Source: a virus
Lineage: Duplodnaviria; Caudoviricetes
Reading direction: 5' to 3' (one strand)
DNA length: 64,000 nt
IMG/VR virus record: IMGVR_UViG_3300020576_007701
In this document: in pieces, positions 1-9,783 of the stretch
Layout of the letters: every line of letters starts with the position of its first letter
Numbering within the stretch: the stretch's first letter is position 1
Notes under the pieces: generated by a model
Told to the model about the DNA's origin: nothing
What the model saw: only the letters and a program-made list of their open reading frames with translations
The model's database searches: none
Translations under genes and position numbers: made by a program

Positions 1-2
1 CT

Positions 3-989
3 AAAAAAGCAGCAAAGAAATCAGCGCCAAAGAAAGTTGTTAAACCAGCTGCTAAACCTACAGTAAAAGCTTCAAAAAAGAAAAAAGCGGCTCCTAAAAA
101 AGTTGTAAAGAAAGCAGCCCCTAAAAAAGGCAAAGATAAAAAAACTAAAAACGTTGTTAAAAAAGTTGTAACAACTACAACTACAACAACAACAATCACC
201 TCAGTAAACCCAACAGAAACTCATTATTTACTTATTCTTGATGAGAGTGGATCTATGGGCAATGTAAGAGAAAGCACATTTAACGGTTTAAATGAACAAA
301 TTCAAACTATTAAAAACTTGTCTTCTCAATACCCAGATCAAAAATATTACATTAATATTGTAAAGTTTAGCGATAATGTAAGTCCGCTTATTGAAAACAT
401 TGAAGCTTCTCAAGCAAAAGAGTTTAAAGTAAGCGATTATTCTCCAAATGGAATGACTGCCTTACATGATGCAATCGGAGTATCTGTAAACAACCTTAAT
501 AGCAGAATTCAATCTAGAATTAATTCTGGTGAAGCATCAGCTTTTGTTGTTATTTTAACGGATGGAGATGAAAACGTATCAAGAGAGTATAACGCAGCAA
601 AAATCAAAACATTAATTACCGACCTTGAAAAAGGTGGCATGTGGACATTTAGTTTTATAGGCGCTAATCAAGACTCTGTTTTAACAGCTAAAAATCTTGG
701 AGTTAATGTATCTAACACAATTAATTATACTGCCTCTTCAGCTGGTACTTCTTTGTCTTTCGCTACATTGGGAGCTTCTTTAAATAAAAGAGCAGCTTAT
801 ACAAGCGCTGGCCTTTATGCAGCCACCACAGATAATCTTATGTCTTCAGTAACAAATGGTCTTGCCAACATTGGTGAAGATGCAAGCTTGCTTGATCTTT
901 CTGGTAATGTTACAAAAGAAGAATTAGACAAAGCAGCCGAGTCTTTAAAGTTAAAAAACTCAAATAATTCAAGTAGTTCTAACGCTTAA
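3..989 (+). CDS. von Willebrand factor A (vWA) domain protein with Lys/Ala/Pro-rich histone H1-like N-terminal region; 5' end lies outside the window
   Basis: The frame of ORF 255..989 is open back to nt 3: KKAAKKSAPKKVVKPAAKP...TTTTTTTT...HYLLILDESGSMG. MIDAS motif DxSxS (DESGS), then GMTALHDAIG and VVILTDGDEN. Confidence 0.85.
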   Translation, partial: KKAAKKSAPKKVVKPAAKPTVKASKKKKAAPKKVVKKAAPKKGKDKKTKNVVKKVVTTTTTTTTITSVNPTETHYLLILDESGSMGNVRESTFNGLNEQIQTIKNLSSQYPDQKYYINIVKFSDNVSPLIENIEASQAKEFKVSDYSPNGMTALHDAIGVSVNNLNSRIQSRINSGEASAFVVILTDGDENVSREYNAAKIKTLITDLEKGGMWTFSFIGANQDSVLTAKNLGVNVSNTINYTASSAGTSLSFATLGASLNKRAAYTSAGLYAATTDNLMSSVTNGLANIGEDASLLDLSGNVTKEELDKAAESLKLKNSNNSSSSNA

Positions 990-1006
990 TTTTTTCCTTT
1001 AATTAT

Positions 1007-1044
1007 AAAAAAGTCAGAAGATAATATCTTCTGACTTTTTTTTT
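1007..1044 (+). terminator. Rho-independent terminator
   Basis: Perfect inverted repeat AAAAAAGTCAGAAGAT-AAT-ATCTTCTGACTTTTTT with T-run, just after the stop at 989. Confidence 0.85.
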
Positions 1045-1109
1045 GAAAAAACTATTTACTTTACTTTCATAGGTATATATATTTATTCAAATTAAACATT
1101 TTAAAAAAC

Positions 1110-2330
1110 ATGGAAAAAGAAGCAATAGAAGCTACAGTCGCAGAAGCGCCATTAAGCCATAATCAGATTATAGAATCAACAATAAGCAAACTTGAAAGTA
1201 ATAACTTTCATGTTTATTATTATGCGCCAGCTATGAATACACCAAGTGGCGGTGTTGGGGTGCTACTTAAAAGTGCAAAATTACTTCATGATGCAGGTTT
1301 TAAGGCTAAGATAGTATACGAACCAACAATTGATGAAAAAGCTTCTTACGAAGAGTCTATGAAGCAAAAACAAGAAGTTCATGTTTACCATAAATTCAAC
1401 CCAACTTGGTTGGATTTTGATATGAGCGGAGTTGAATTCATTCCACTTGGAGATAAAGATATTTTTATCGTTGGAGAAAAAAATGAAAAAGGAGAATATA
1501 AAAAATTCACATGCCAACCATTAAATGTAAATCCAGAAGATTTTTTAATTATTCCAGAAGGATTTCCAAATGTAATGCAAAAAACAATGCAAGTTTCTTG
1601 TAAAAGAATTGTATTTGCTCAAAGTTGGTTTTATGTTTTGTTAGCTATGAGACCAGCTGAAAAATGGCAACATTTTGGAATGCAAGATGTAATTAGCGTT
1701 TCTGATGCAATTACTGAATATTTAAATTCTACAATGCCAGGTTTAAATATCAAAAATTTTAAACAAGGAATAAATAGAAATATTTTCAAAGTACCTTCAA
1801 AATTATCTTCTAAACTTCCTATCGTTGGTTTTACTGGAAGTAGAGGTTCTGAAAATAAAATGAAAACACACAGCATTATAAGAAATTTTTATGCATTCTA
1901 TCCTCATCTTAAATGGATTAGATTCATAGAGCTTGCTGGTATGGATAGAGAGCAGTTTGCAGAAAGATTAGCTTCTTGCGCATTTGTTCTTTGTACAGAT
2001 GATATTGCTGGTTTTGGTACGCTTCCTTTAGAGGCTATGGCGTGTGGAACTCATGTAGTAGGTTGGGCAGCATTCGGTGGAAAAGAGTACATAAATAATG
2101 AAAATGGTTTCTGGACCACAAATGGAGATATATTCCAAACTGCAGAAATACTAGGAGTAGCAATCGACAAATGGTTAGCTGGCGAACTTGATCAAGAAGA
2201 AGTGCAAGCTTCTTATGAAAAAACTTTAGCTCCATACACTGAAGAAAATGAAAAAAATGAATTTTTAGATATTATTAACCAATATAAAACAGAAAGAATC
2301 AATGAACTTGAAGGAATCAAAACAAAGTAA
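1110..2330 (+). CDS. Glycosyltransferase, GT-B fold (GT4-like)
   Basis: N-terminal PSGGV motif; C-terminal AGFGTLPLEAMACGTHVVG resembles the GT4 EgFglpplEAmacG signature. Confidence 0.8.
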   Translation: MEKEAIEATVAEAPLSHNQIIESTISKLESNNFHVYYYAPAMNTPSGGVGVLLKSAKLLHDAGFKAKIVYEPTIDEKASYEESMKQKQEVHVYHKFNPTWLDFDMSGVEFIPLGDKDIFIVGEKNEKGEYKKFTCQPLNVNPEDFLIIPEGFPNVMQKTMQVSCKRIVFAQSWFYVLLAMRPAEKWQHFGMQDVISVSDAITEYLNSTMPGLNIKNFKQGINRNIFKVPSKLSSKLPIVGFTGSRGSENKMKTHSIIRNFYAFYPHLKWIRFIELAGMDREQFAERLASCAFVLCTDDIAGFGTLPLEAMACGTHVVGWAAFGGKEYINNENGFWTTNGDIFQTAEILGVAIDKWLAGELDQEEVQASYEKTLAPYTEENEKNEFLDIINQYKTERINELEGIKTK

Positions 2331-3240
2331 TTGCTTATTAGCAATGTACGTATATGAAATGCCAACAGAACAGGCATTAGCAGAATGTCTATATAGCATT
2401 TGCGAACAAACCAAGCCAGTAGATTTAATTATATATACTTGTGGTTTGACAGATGAGCAAAATAATTTGTTAAAGAAATTAGCAGACGCTCCATTTTATA
2501 CTTTAACCAAAAGAAATGAAAAAGACGAATTGGTTCAAGAAAAAATAGAGGCAACTAAAAAGCTTAACTACAATATCGTTGGCTCGACAACAGATATGAA
2601 TTTTGCGCAAATATTTAATACCACTTTTAATATTGCAAAACAAAATGATTATGAAACAATTTCTTTTATTGAACCAGAAGATAGTTTTTCTTTAAGATGG
2701 TTTCATACAGCAAGTGTTTTTATCGAAGAAAATCCAGATCTGTCAATATTTTTACCATTGATAAAAAACTCAATTAATGGAACTTTTACTGGGTTGTTAA
2801 ATGAAGCTTGTTGGGCAGAAGGACAATCAGAAGAAGCTGGTAAAACAGACATTAATCTTTTGATGAAGTATAATTGTGTAAACCCGCTTGGAGCTGTTTA
2901 TAAAATTGAAGCAATTGCTGAATATTCAGAATTAGATGAGACTGGAAAGTATTTGCCGATGAAAGAAAGTTTAAAAATAAGTCACTATTATGAATTCTTT
3001 ATGAGAATGGTCTATAATGATTTAAAAGTTTTCACTGTACAAAGACTCGGTTATGAAATGAGAATTGTTAGAAAAGAAGTTTTTAAAGATTCTACATGTA
3101 AACTTCCACAAGATATAACTTCTTACCCAATTGAAAGAGGTGGAATTAGTCCAGAAGAAGGAAGATTTTATGTTGAATTAGCTAAAAAAGAATATTTTTT
3201 CGACAAAGATAGACACAAAACATTTTCACCAACCATTTAA
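2302..3240 (+). CDS. Putative glycosyltransferase, GT-A fold (GT2-like, divergent)
   Basis: N-terminal LAECLYSICEQTKPVDLII, NFAQIFN and ISFIEPED (DxD-like position); overlaps the GT4 gene. Confidence 0.55.
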   Translation: MNLKESKQSNCLLAMYVYEMPTEQALAECLYSICEQTKPVDLIIYTCGLTDEQNNLLKKLADAPFYTLTKRNEKDELVQEKIEATKKLNYNIVGSTTDMNFAQIFNTTFNIAKQNDYETISFIEPEDSFSLRWFHTASVFIEENPDLSIFLPLIKNSINGTFTGLLNEACWAEGQSEEAGKTDINLLMKYNCVNPLGAVYKIEAIAEYSELDETGKYLPMKESLKISHYYEFFMRMVYNDLKVFTVQRLGYEMRIVRKEVFKDSTCKLPQDITSYPIERGGISPEEGRFYVELAKKEYFFDKDRHKTFSPTI

Positions 3241-3244
3241 AATT

Positions 3245-4231
3245 ATGAAAAAACCTTCAATTAAAAAAGAAACGAAGGCTAACAACATTAATTTAAAGAA
3301 AGAAAAAAATAAGAAAAATAAAGCTGATTTAGAAATTGTAGACAAAAATAAATTGGAAGAAGCCTCAAAAGAAAAAACCTTAGATGCTCCACAACCAGAA
3401 ATTGATGTCTTAATACAAGAACTAGAGAAAAAAAGAAAGGCTTATTGGACTGAAGATACTGAAGCTGCAGTTGTTGAATATTTAACTCATGACTTTCATT
3501 ATTACGACATTCAAATTGAAAAATATTTAGAAGATTGTAATAAAAATAAAAGTTCTATAAATGAAGAATATATAACAAAGCTTAGACAGGCCTCATTTGA
3601 AGCTTCTAGTCAAAGTGTTCTTAATGCAAAAGACAAAGTTTATAGGGATAGAATTCAAAAACCTCTTAATAAATTAGTTGAAAACATTATTTTTAACTTT
3701 AAATTGTTTAGGCCTGGCGTTGATATAAAAACTTTACACAACGATTGTTTGTCTTTTGTTTTTGGCAAGTTCGCTAATTTTAATCCAAATAAAAATACGA
3801 AATCTTTTTCCTATTTTGGAACCGTAGCTAAGCATTACCTACAGGGAGAGAAAAAAGATCTTGATAAGTCTTTACAGACAAATTTAGATTATGACAACCA
3901 CAGGGATGAGGCTGATAGTACTGAAACTTTTGAATTAGATCAAAAATCTGAACTAGAAACTTCTTATACTCTTTTTAATCATGTGATTAATTCTATAGAA
4001 CAAGAACTTGATAAAGGTAATCTTTCTGAAAACGATATGAAGGTTGGCGATGCTATAATAGAAATATTTAGAAAGCACGAAGTATTAGGGGCATATAATA
4101 AAAATCACATCTATCAACTAATAAAAGAAAGTACTGGATTGCAAACTAAAGATATAACTTATTCTTTAAGCAGGTTCAGAGTTTTTTATAGAATACTTAA
4201 ACAAGATTTTATAAAAAGAGATGATGACTAA
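3245..4231 (+). CDS. Phage RNA polymerase sigma factor (candidate late sigma, gp55-like)
   Basis: Region 2-like segment LVENIIFNF...LHNDCLSFVFGKFANFNPNKNTKSFSYFGTVAKHYL; C-terminal HTH-like helices (YQLIKESTGLQTKDIT). Confidence 0.7.
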   Translation: MKKPSIKKETKANNINLKKEKNKKNKADLEIVDKNKLEEASKEKTLDAPQPEIDVLIQELEKKRKAYWTEDTEAAVVEYLTHDFHYYDIQIEKYLEDCNKNKSSINEEYITKLRQASFEASSQSVLNAKDKVYRDRIQKPLNKLVENIIFNFKLFRPGVDIKTLHNDCLSFVFGKFANFNPNKNTKSFSYFGTVAKHYLQGEKKDLDKSLQTNLDYDNHRDEADSTETFELDQKSELETSYTLFNHVINSIEQELDKGNLSENDMKVGDAIIEIFRKHEVLGAYNKNHIYQLIKESTGLQTKDITYSLSRFRVFYRILKQDFIKRDDD

Positions 4232-4589
4232 AATTGAAAGAAAAGAAATTTTCTTAGAAATATTAGAAAATTGGTTTAATGATTTAACCCAAGAAATAAA
4301 CACAGAAAACTGCATAGGTTTTTATATGCATCTTACATTTAGTTTAAAATTTGAATCAAATATTTCTATCGACGACAAAAGCGATAGAAATTTTTTTTTA
4401 AAGTCTGCTCTGGATATTTTGCACAATTTTGACACGCTAATAGAAAGCAAAATAAAGCCAGTAGATCTCATTATAACCAAAAAAGCTCTTGAGGCTATAT
4501 GCGCCGAAAAGAATACTAGTTTTGATGAATTATTTTCTGAACTATCTGAAATATATAATGTTGCAAAGACAGAATTTCTTTGCAAATAA
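4221..4589 (+). CDS. Hypothetical protein
   Basis: 122-aa ORF overlapping the sigma gene stop. Confidence 0.6.
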   Translation: MMTKIERKEIFLEILENWFNDLTQEINTENCIGFYMHLTFSLKFESNISIDDKSDRNFFLKSALDILHNFDTLIESKIKPVDLIITKKALEAICAEKNTSFDELFSELSEIYNVAKTEFLCK

Positions 4590-4625
4590 CTTTTTTTTAC
4601 TGATTATTTATAGTTAAAACACATT

Positions 4626-5009
4626 ATGAGTAAAGAATTAAAACTTGACGAAGAAAGCTATTTAATGCTTTTAAATAAAATTCTTAAAAACAAAGAAGAA
4701 GAGAGAGATATGGCCCTTGATAGATATAGAAAGGCCGACGAGAGCATGACAAACAATGAACACTTTATGTTACTTGGAAAAAATGCAGCTGCGTTTTTAA
4801 GACAGGCTTCAGATGCCACAAACGATATAATGTCTCTTTCAAAAGAAATAAAAAGTATATTATTTAAAGAAAACGACACCGCATCAAGTGGCGGCTCTAC
4901 ATCAGTGTCAAGCGACGAAGAAATGAGAGCAATTATTGATGCTGTTAAAAAACAAGAAAAAGAATTAGGAATAAGTCAACCAGACGCATCAGAAAACGAA
5001 GATAATTAA
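4626..5009 (+). CDS. Hypothetical protein (first gene of a late operon)
   Basis: 127-aa ORF with TATTTAT at 4605-4611. Confidence 0.7.
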   Translation: MSKELKLDEESYLMLLNKILKNKEEERDMALDRYRKADESMTNNEHFMLLGKNAAAFLRQASDATNDIMSLSKEIKSILFKENDTASSGGSTSVSSDEEMRAIIDAVKKQEKELGISQPDASENEDN

Positions 5010-6271
5010 TGGCACTAGATTTACCCATAAATGCACCCTTAACAGAAACTCAAGCTGAACTTACCGCAAAAATAGGTTCAATGAAAAGTTTGTTGTCTAT
5101 ACCAAGCATTAGAAAATCTAATATTCCAAAAGCTAATCAAATTTCAACATTTGATTATCTATTAAAGATATTGGACACAATGGGTTTAACTCCAGAAATA
5201 GTTTTTAACGCTTTTTTGACCAAAGTTTTTGATCAGACTGGGACTTTTCTTGAAGAAAAAGTTATTGATGCAATAGGTGATTCTATTGGTCAGAAAGGAA
5301 CTCAAATTTCTCCGTGGATAGATAATCCAAACGCTTCTGCAGCAACAAAAAAAGCATATAAACTAGCGAATAAGGAATATCTAAAAACAATAATACCAAA
5401 AAGTTTTTTACAGGTTTATAAACAAAAAATTGCCAAAGATCTTGTGGTTATGATTTTTGGACCAAAAAAAGTAAACAATTTAAGTTTAAACACTAATCAG
5501 ACGCAGGTAGATTTTTTTATAAGCAATGCTGTTTGTAGTGAGGGTTTATTTAGTCTTTCTAATCCGCCAGTAACAAGAAATCAAGATATAGAATATAACA
5601 GAATAAAACTTAGGACACAATTAGAAAAAGGAGAGGTGGTTTACGAAATATCTTGTCAAGATGTAAAAATAAAACTTCCAGAGGACCCAGGTTATTTATT
5701 TACTGGTGGAGGACAATATACACAACCAAGCTCTGTGCAGTCTCCAGCAAACTCTTTAATAAGATTAAATCAATTTGTTGGAAACCAAGTTCAAAATATC
5801 AACAATGAATCAAATGCAAATAAGGGTGGTAAAAGATTTGCTCAAATTTTAATAGAAAAACTTTTAAGTTTTATTTCCGTGTTAATACAACCTTATTTGC
5901 CAAGTGTTTTTACATTAATAAACAACAACCAAATAGATAGTCAAAAAATACCTATGAGCACTGTTATCTTTAGTAATTGTGATATCGCAAACGACACATC
6001 AAATGAGGAAAAAAAGGAATTTGCAAAAAGTTTGTTCAACGCATTACTAAAAGATCTTTTAAAAATGTTACTACTTCTTGCAATAAATAAATTTAGAAAA
6101 TTAGTAACAAATTATTTTGCGAGAACCGCTTTAGAAAAACAAAAAAGAAAATTGGAAAAAGCTAAGCTTAAATTTAAAGTATTTAGCAAATTAGCAGATG
6201 CTGCCGACAAGATAGAAAAGTACCAGGCGGCAATTTCTACATTAAATTCAGTATTAGGACAAATAGTTTAA
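5009..6271 (+). CDS. Putative structural protein
   Basis: 420-aa ORF, TAATG-coupled, in the operon leading to the baseplate hub gene. Confidence 0.55.
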   Translation: MALDLPINAPLTETQAELTAKIGSMKSLLSIPSIRKSNIPKANQISTFDYLLKILDTMGLTPEIVFNAFLTKVFDQTGTFLEEKVIDAIGDSIGQKGTQISPWIDNPNASAATKKAYKLANKEYLKTIIPKSFLQVYKQKIAKDLVVMIFGPKKVNNLSLNTNQTQVDFFISNAVCSEGLFSLSNPPVTRNQDIEYNRIKLRTQLEKGEVVYEISCQDVKIKLPEDPGYLFTGGGQYTQPSSVQSPANSLIRLNQFVGNQVQNINNESNANKGGKRFAQILIEKLLSFISVLIQPYLPSVFTLINNNQIDSQKIPMSTVIFSNCDIANDTSNEEKKEFAKSLFNALLKDLLKMLLLLAINKFRKLVTNYFARTALEKQKRKLEKAKLKFKVFSKLADAADKIEKYQAAISTLNSVLGQIV

Positions 6272-6281
6272 AATAAAATAT

Positions 6282-6698
6282 ATGGCAGCAGTAAGCATAG
6301 ATCAAGATTTAAATATTTCTGAAGAAATTGCAACATTTCTTTTATTTTTATTAAATGAAAATAGAATTCAACTACCAAAATTATCAATAAAACAGATATT
6401 ATTGGCAAAAACAAGACCTGGTTTAAATGCGGAAATTTTAACCTCTTCTGTTGTTTCTAGATTTCCAGAAATAGGTATTCCAACAGGTCCTCTTATTGGA
6501 GGGGCTCCAAATGTAATGGAAAAATATACAAGTGTACTTCTTGATGAAATCGTAGATGCTATACAAGGAGATATGAGAATAGACGTTGTAACAGATCCAG
6601 GAGCAACTGTAATTGCTTCTGGTGGTAACGCTGGAGGTCCAGTTGTTGCAACAGGAGCGGTAACCGTACCACACACTGGAGTGGGAATAGCAAGATAA
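6282..6698 (+). CDS. Putative baseplate/spike-associated protein
   Basis: 138 aa with Gly-rich C-terminal beta-strands (ASGGNAGGPVVATG), upstream of the gp5-like gene. Confidence 0.45.
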   Translation: MAAVSIDQDLNISEEIATFLLFLLNENRIQLPKLSIKQILLAKTRPGLNAEILTSSVVSRFPEIGIPTGPLIGGAPNVMEKYTSVLLDEIVDAIQGDMRIDVVTDPGATVIASGGNAGGPVVATGAVTVPHTGVGIAR

Positions 6699-6701
6699 AC
6701 T

Positions 6702-6917
6702 ATGACAAAACAAGAATTGTTATCAGAGGCTAGAAAGACAGCTAGCGCACATGAAGAAAAAAAAATTGTTATTAAAAAAATTTTAGACGATTTAGATAAA
6801 GAAGAAAATACAAGTCAAAAGCACATTAATGGAATTGCAGCCGTTAATGAATTATTAAAAGAAATGCGTGCTCTAGAAGAAGAACACGAAAAAATATTAT
6901 TAGAAATTAAGAAATAA
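6702..6917 (+). CDS. Hypothetical coiled-coil protein
   Basis: 71-aa ORF coupled (TAATG) to the next gene. Confidence 0.6.
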   Translation: MTKQELLSEARKTASAHEEKKIVIKKILDDLDKEENTSQKHINGIAAVNELLKEMRALEEEHEKILLEIKK

Positions 6918-7873
6918 TGCCAGGAGGAATAGACGATTTATCAAAAAGTTTACTTGAATCAAGTGGACAAGGTGTTTTTTCAGAAGGCAATCAAAGGTCT
7001 AGAAATATATACCCAGCTATTGTTGTTAACATAAGTGATCCACTAGAGCAAAACAGAATTATAGCAAGAATAGTTAATCTAGATAAAGATGGCAATATAC
7101 TTGGCGGAAGAGATAGAGATGTACCAGATAGTAAACTTCCAATGTGTATGCCATTTGGACCAGAACACATTCACGTTAGACCTCTTGTTGGAGAAATGGT
7201 AATGATTTTTTTAGAAAACCCATCAGATAATTCAGCGCCAAGATATTGGTCTGGACCCATAATAACTTCTAAATTAAAATTAAAAACACAAGAGTATAAA
7301 GAATCTGTAAAAATAATGGATTATACTGATTTTGCAGTAAACAAAAGCACGAAAAATAATCCAAAAACAGCTACTTTGTTTCCAGAACAAGCCGACGTGG
7401 CCATACAAGGAAGAGATGATGCAGATTTAATATTAAGACCAAAAGAGGCAACTTTAATAGCTGGAAAATTTAAACCAAATACAACAGATCAAAATACAGA
7501 AACGCCATCTTATGTAAAGTTAAAACAAATAAGTAATTCAAGTGGTTCTCTTAAAAATTTTTCACAAGCTACAATAGTTTCTACAAATGTAAATATATAT
7601 TCTCCGTTGGGTAAATTTCGTGGAAGCGATCTTAAACGATTTGAAACAAATCCAAACTTAAGTTCTTTTGGTGATTTAGCAGGAACTCTTCACCCAGTTG
7701 TTTTTGGAGATGAGTTATTAAAGTTACTAGAAGTGATGATAAGATTCTTAACCACTCATATCCATACGCCTCAAAGCCCTCCAAGCCCAATGCCAGATTT
7801 TACAACACTGCAAACTTATACAGTTTCAGGCAATCTTCAAAAATTAATTTCTAATCACATTAGAGTTAATTAA
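6917..7873 (+). CDS. Baseplate hub/spike protein (gp5 N-terminal OB-fold / gpV-like)
   Basis: AIVVNISDPLEQNRIIARI...RPLVGEMVMIF OB-fold pattern; C-terminal HIH metal-binding tip motif (THIHTP). Confidence 0.7.
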   Translation: MPGGIDDLSKSLLESSGQGVFSEGNQRSRNIYPAIVVNISDPLEQNRIIARIVNLDKDGNILGGRDRDVPDSKLPMCMPFGPEHIHVRPLVGEMVMIFLENPSDNSAPRYWSGPIITSKLKLKTQEYKESVKIMDYTDFAVNKSTKNNPKTATLFPEQADVAIQGRDDADLILRPKEATLIAGKFKPNTTDQNTETPSYVKLKQISNSSGSLKNFSQATIVSTNVNIYSPLGKFRGSDLKRFETNPNLSSFGDLAGTLHPVVFGDELLKLLEVMIRFLTTHIHTPQSPPSPMPDFTTLQTYTVSGNLQKLISNHIRVN

Positions 7874-9285
7874 AAGGGCCTAATAACTCTAAAATTAATT
7901 ACATCTTGTAAAAGTCTAGATGTGCCCAATTCTTTAACCTTAAATTGTATTTGATAGGTTTGGTTGTGTAACAACCAACTTGTATCTAGCACAAAATATA
8001 CAGACGTATTTTTGTTAATTATAGCCTGGTTCATACTTGACCATGGAATTACTTCCTCTTGGTTGTTCATCACCATTCTATACTGAATATCATATTTTGT
8101 CTTAGGATAATTTGTTGTATAATTTACTCTTAAATCGCAATATACTCTAGTTACTTCCCCTATATTTAAAATAGAGTCGTTTTCTATGCCATATACACTT
8201 AAGTTATAAGAATTAACTTGAGGCGCATTTGTAAAATAATAATTATCTTGTATTGTAAAAAACTGAGTATAATCTTGAACATCATATCCAGGGTTATATG
8301 TAAAGGCTGATCATACGTCCTTATACTGAGTTCCCTTTGTAGCTGCACTCATAAATACGTCAACATAATAAACACCTTTTTCCAATTGTGTTGGAACTAA
8401 TCCAGTTTGAACATCATTACCAGCATATGTTTTTATAGATACTGTAGATGCCGAAAAATAATTTGCTGCCGAATTGCCGCTATAAGTGTATAGAAACAAT
8501 CTACACGCTCTATTGTTTGTTACATCATTTCTATCGTCAATAAAATTTTGGTTAGCTACTACTTCTATAAATGGCTTAAACGCTGTATTTGTGTGCATTG
8601 TAAAAAAAGAAGCTATATACCTTGTGTCTGTGCTTAATAATTCATAATCTCTCCTGTATGCTAAACCTAATCTTCCCTCAGTAGCCCCACTCGCTAGCCA
8701 TTGATTTACCATTGTGGTAATATCCATTTCTATATCTTCGTCCCCAATGTCAAAATGCTGAGTTGCATAAGAAGTTGTTGACGCTGTTGGGTCTAAATAC
8801 ACTCCAGGTTGATCCCAAGTTGTAGTTGAATTTGAAAAATTCCAATTCGAATATCCACTAACTATTGGGCTACCCTTCTGTTTTACAAGATAATGTTCTT
8901 TTAAAATGTCGTATCCACGACCCTCATCAAAATCTTTATTTACTGGAAAACATACAAGGTCATAAGAGGCAGCTATTGATTTTTCAAGTGTTTCAAACTC
9001 ATATTCTGCCTCAAGTACTCTATTTCTTGGAATAGAATTTTTCATTTTAAGCTTATAAGAAACAACGCTACCAGACATAATTTCTTTTGAGTTTATTTTA
9101 GATAATAAATCTACAAGGTTGAAACTGGCAATATATCTACTATAAGAGTTTCTTCTGGCTAAAGCTGTATCGGTTCCACCGCCACCATACCATAGGTCTG
9201 CAACAGCGTTTTGACCACTATTATATCCAGCATATAAGCCACTTGCAATTGTGTTGTTCTTATTTGCGTAAATTCTTAAAATCAT
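7870..9285 (-). CDS. Putative virion structural protein, 471 codons, interrupted by one in-frame TGA at 8313-8311
   Basis: ORFs 8311..9285 and 7870..8076 share a frame and the 78 codons between them are open (YKDV*SAFTYNPGYDVQDYTQFF...IQYRMVMNNQ). TATTTAT on the minus strand at 9307-9301. Confidence 0.75.
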
Positions 9286-9385
9286 GCCCTTTTTTTTATT
9301 ATAAATAGAGAGTTATATTGTTTTTTGACCAAAAAGCCTTATGTCTTTGTTTTTTTTGTAAACATATTTATATTAAATAATAAAA

Positions 9386-9772
9386 ATGGCTATAAGCATA
9401 AAATTTCCATTCCAAGAAGGCACTGAAGGTGGCATATTTAGATACAACATTACCACACCTGAAAAGGTGAGGACTAATCTTGTTTCGCTTCTCACAACAA
9501 AAAGAAAGCAAAGGCCAATGAATAATGATTTGTATTCCCCATTATATGATGTCATTTTTGAACCCTGGGACGAAATAACATCTGACAGATTACAAAATGA
9601 TTTGCAAAACAAAATAAACAAGTACATACCAGAAATTTCCATAGAAGATATAGTGTTCACTTTTGACGAATATACCCTAGTGTTAAACACAAAAATAATA
9701 TACTCAATTTTTGAATTATCTGATGCCCAAGATTTTGTAGAAATAGATATTCAAACTCAACCAACTAACTAA
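9386..9772 (+). CDS. Baseplate wedge protein, gp25-like
   Basis: VRTNLVSLLTTKRKQRPMN...LYDVIFEP...INKYIPEI pattern, directly before the gp6/J-like gene. Confidence 0.8.
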   Translation: MAISIKFPFQEGTEGGIFRYNITTPEKVRTNLVSLLTTKRKQRPMNNDLYSPLYDVIFEPWDEITSDRLQNDLQNKINKYIPEISIEDIVFTFDEYTLVLNTKIIYSIFELSDAQDFVEIDIQTQPTN

Positions 9773-9783
9773 AAAAAACAACA

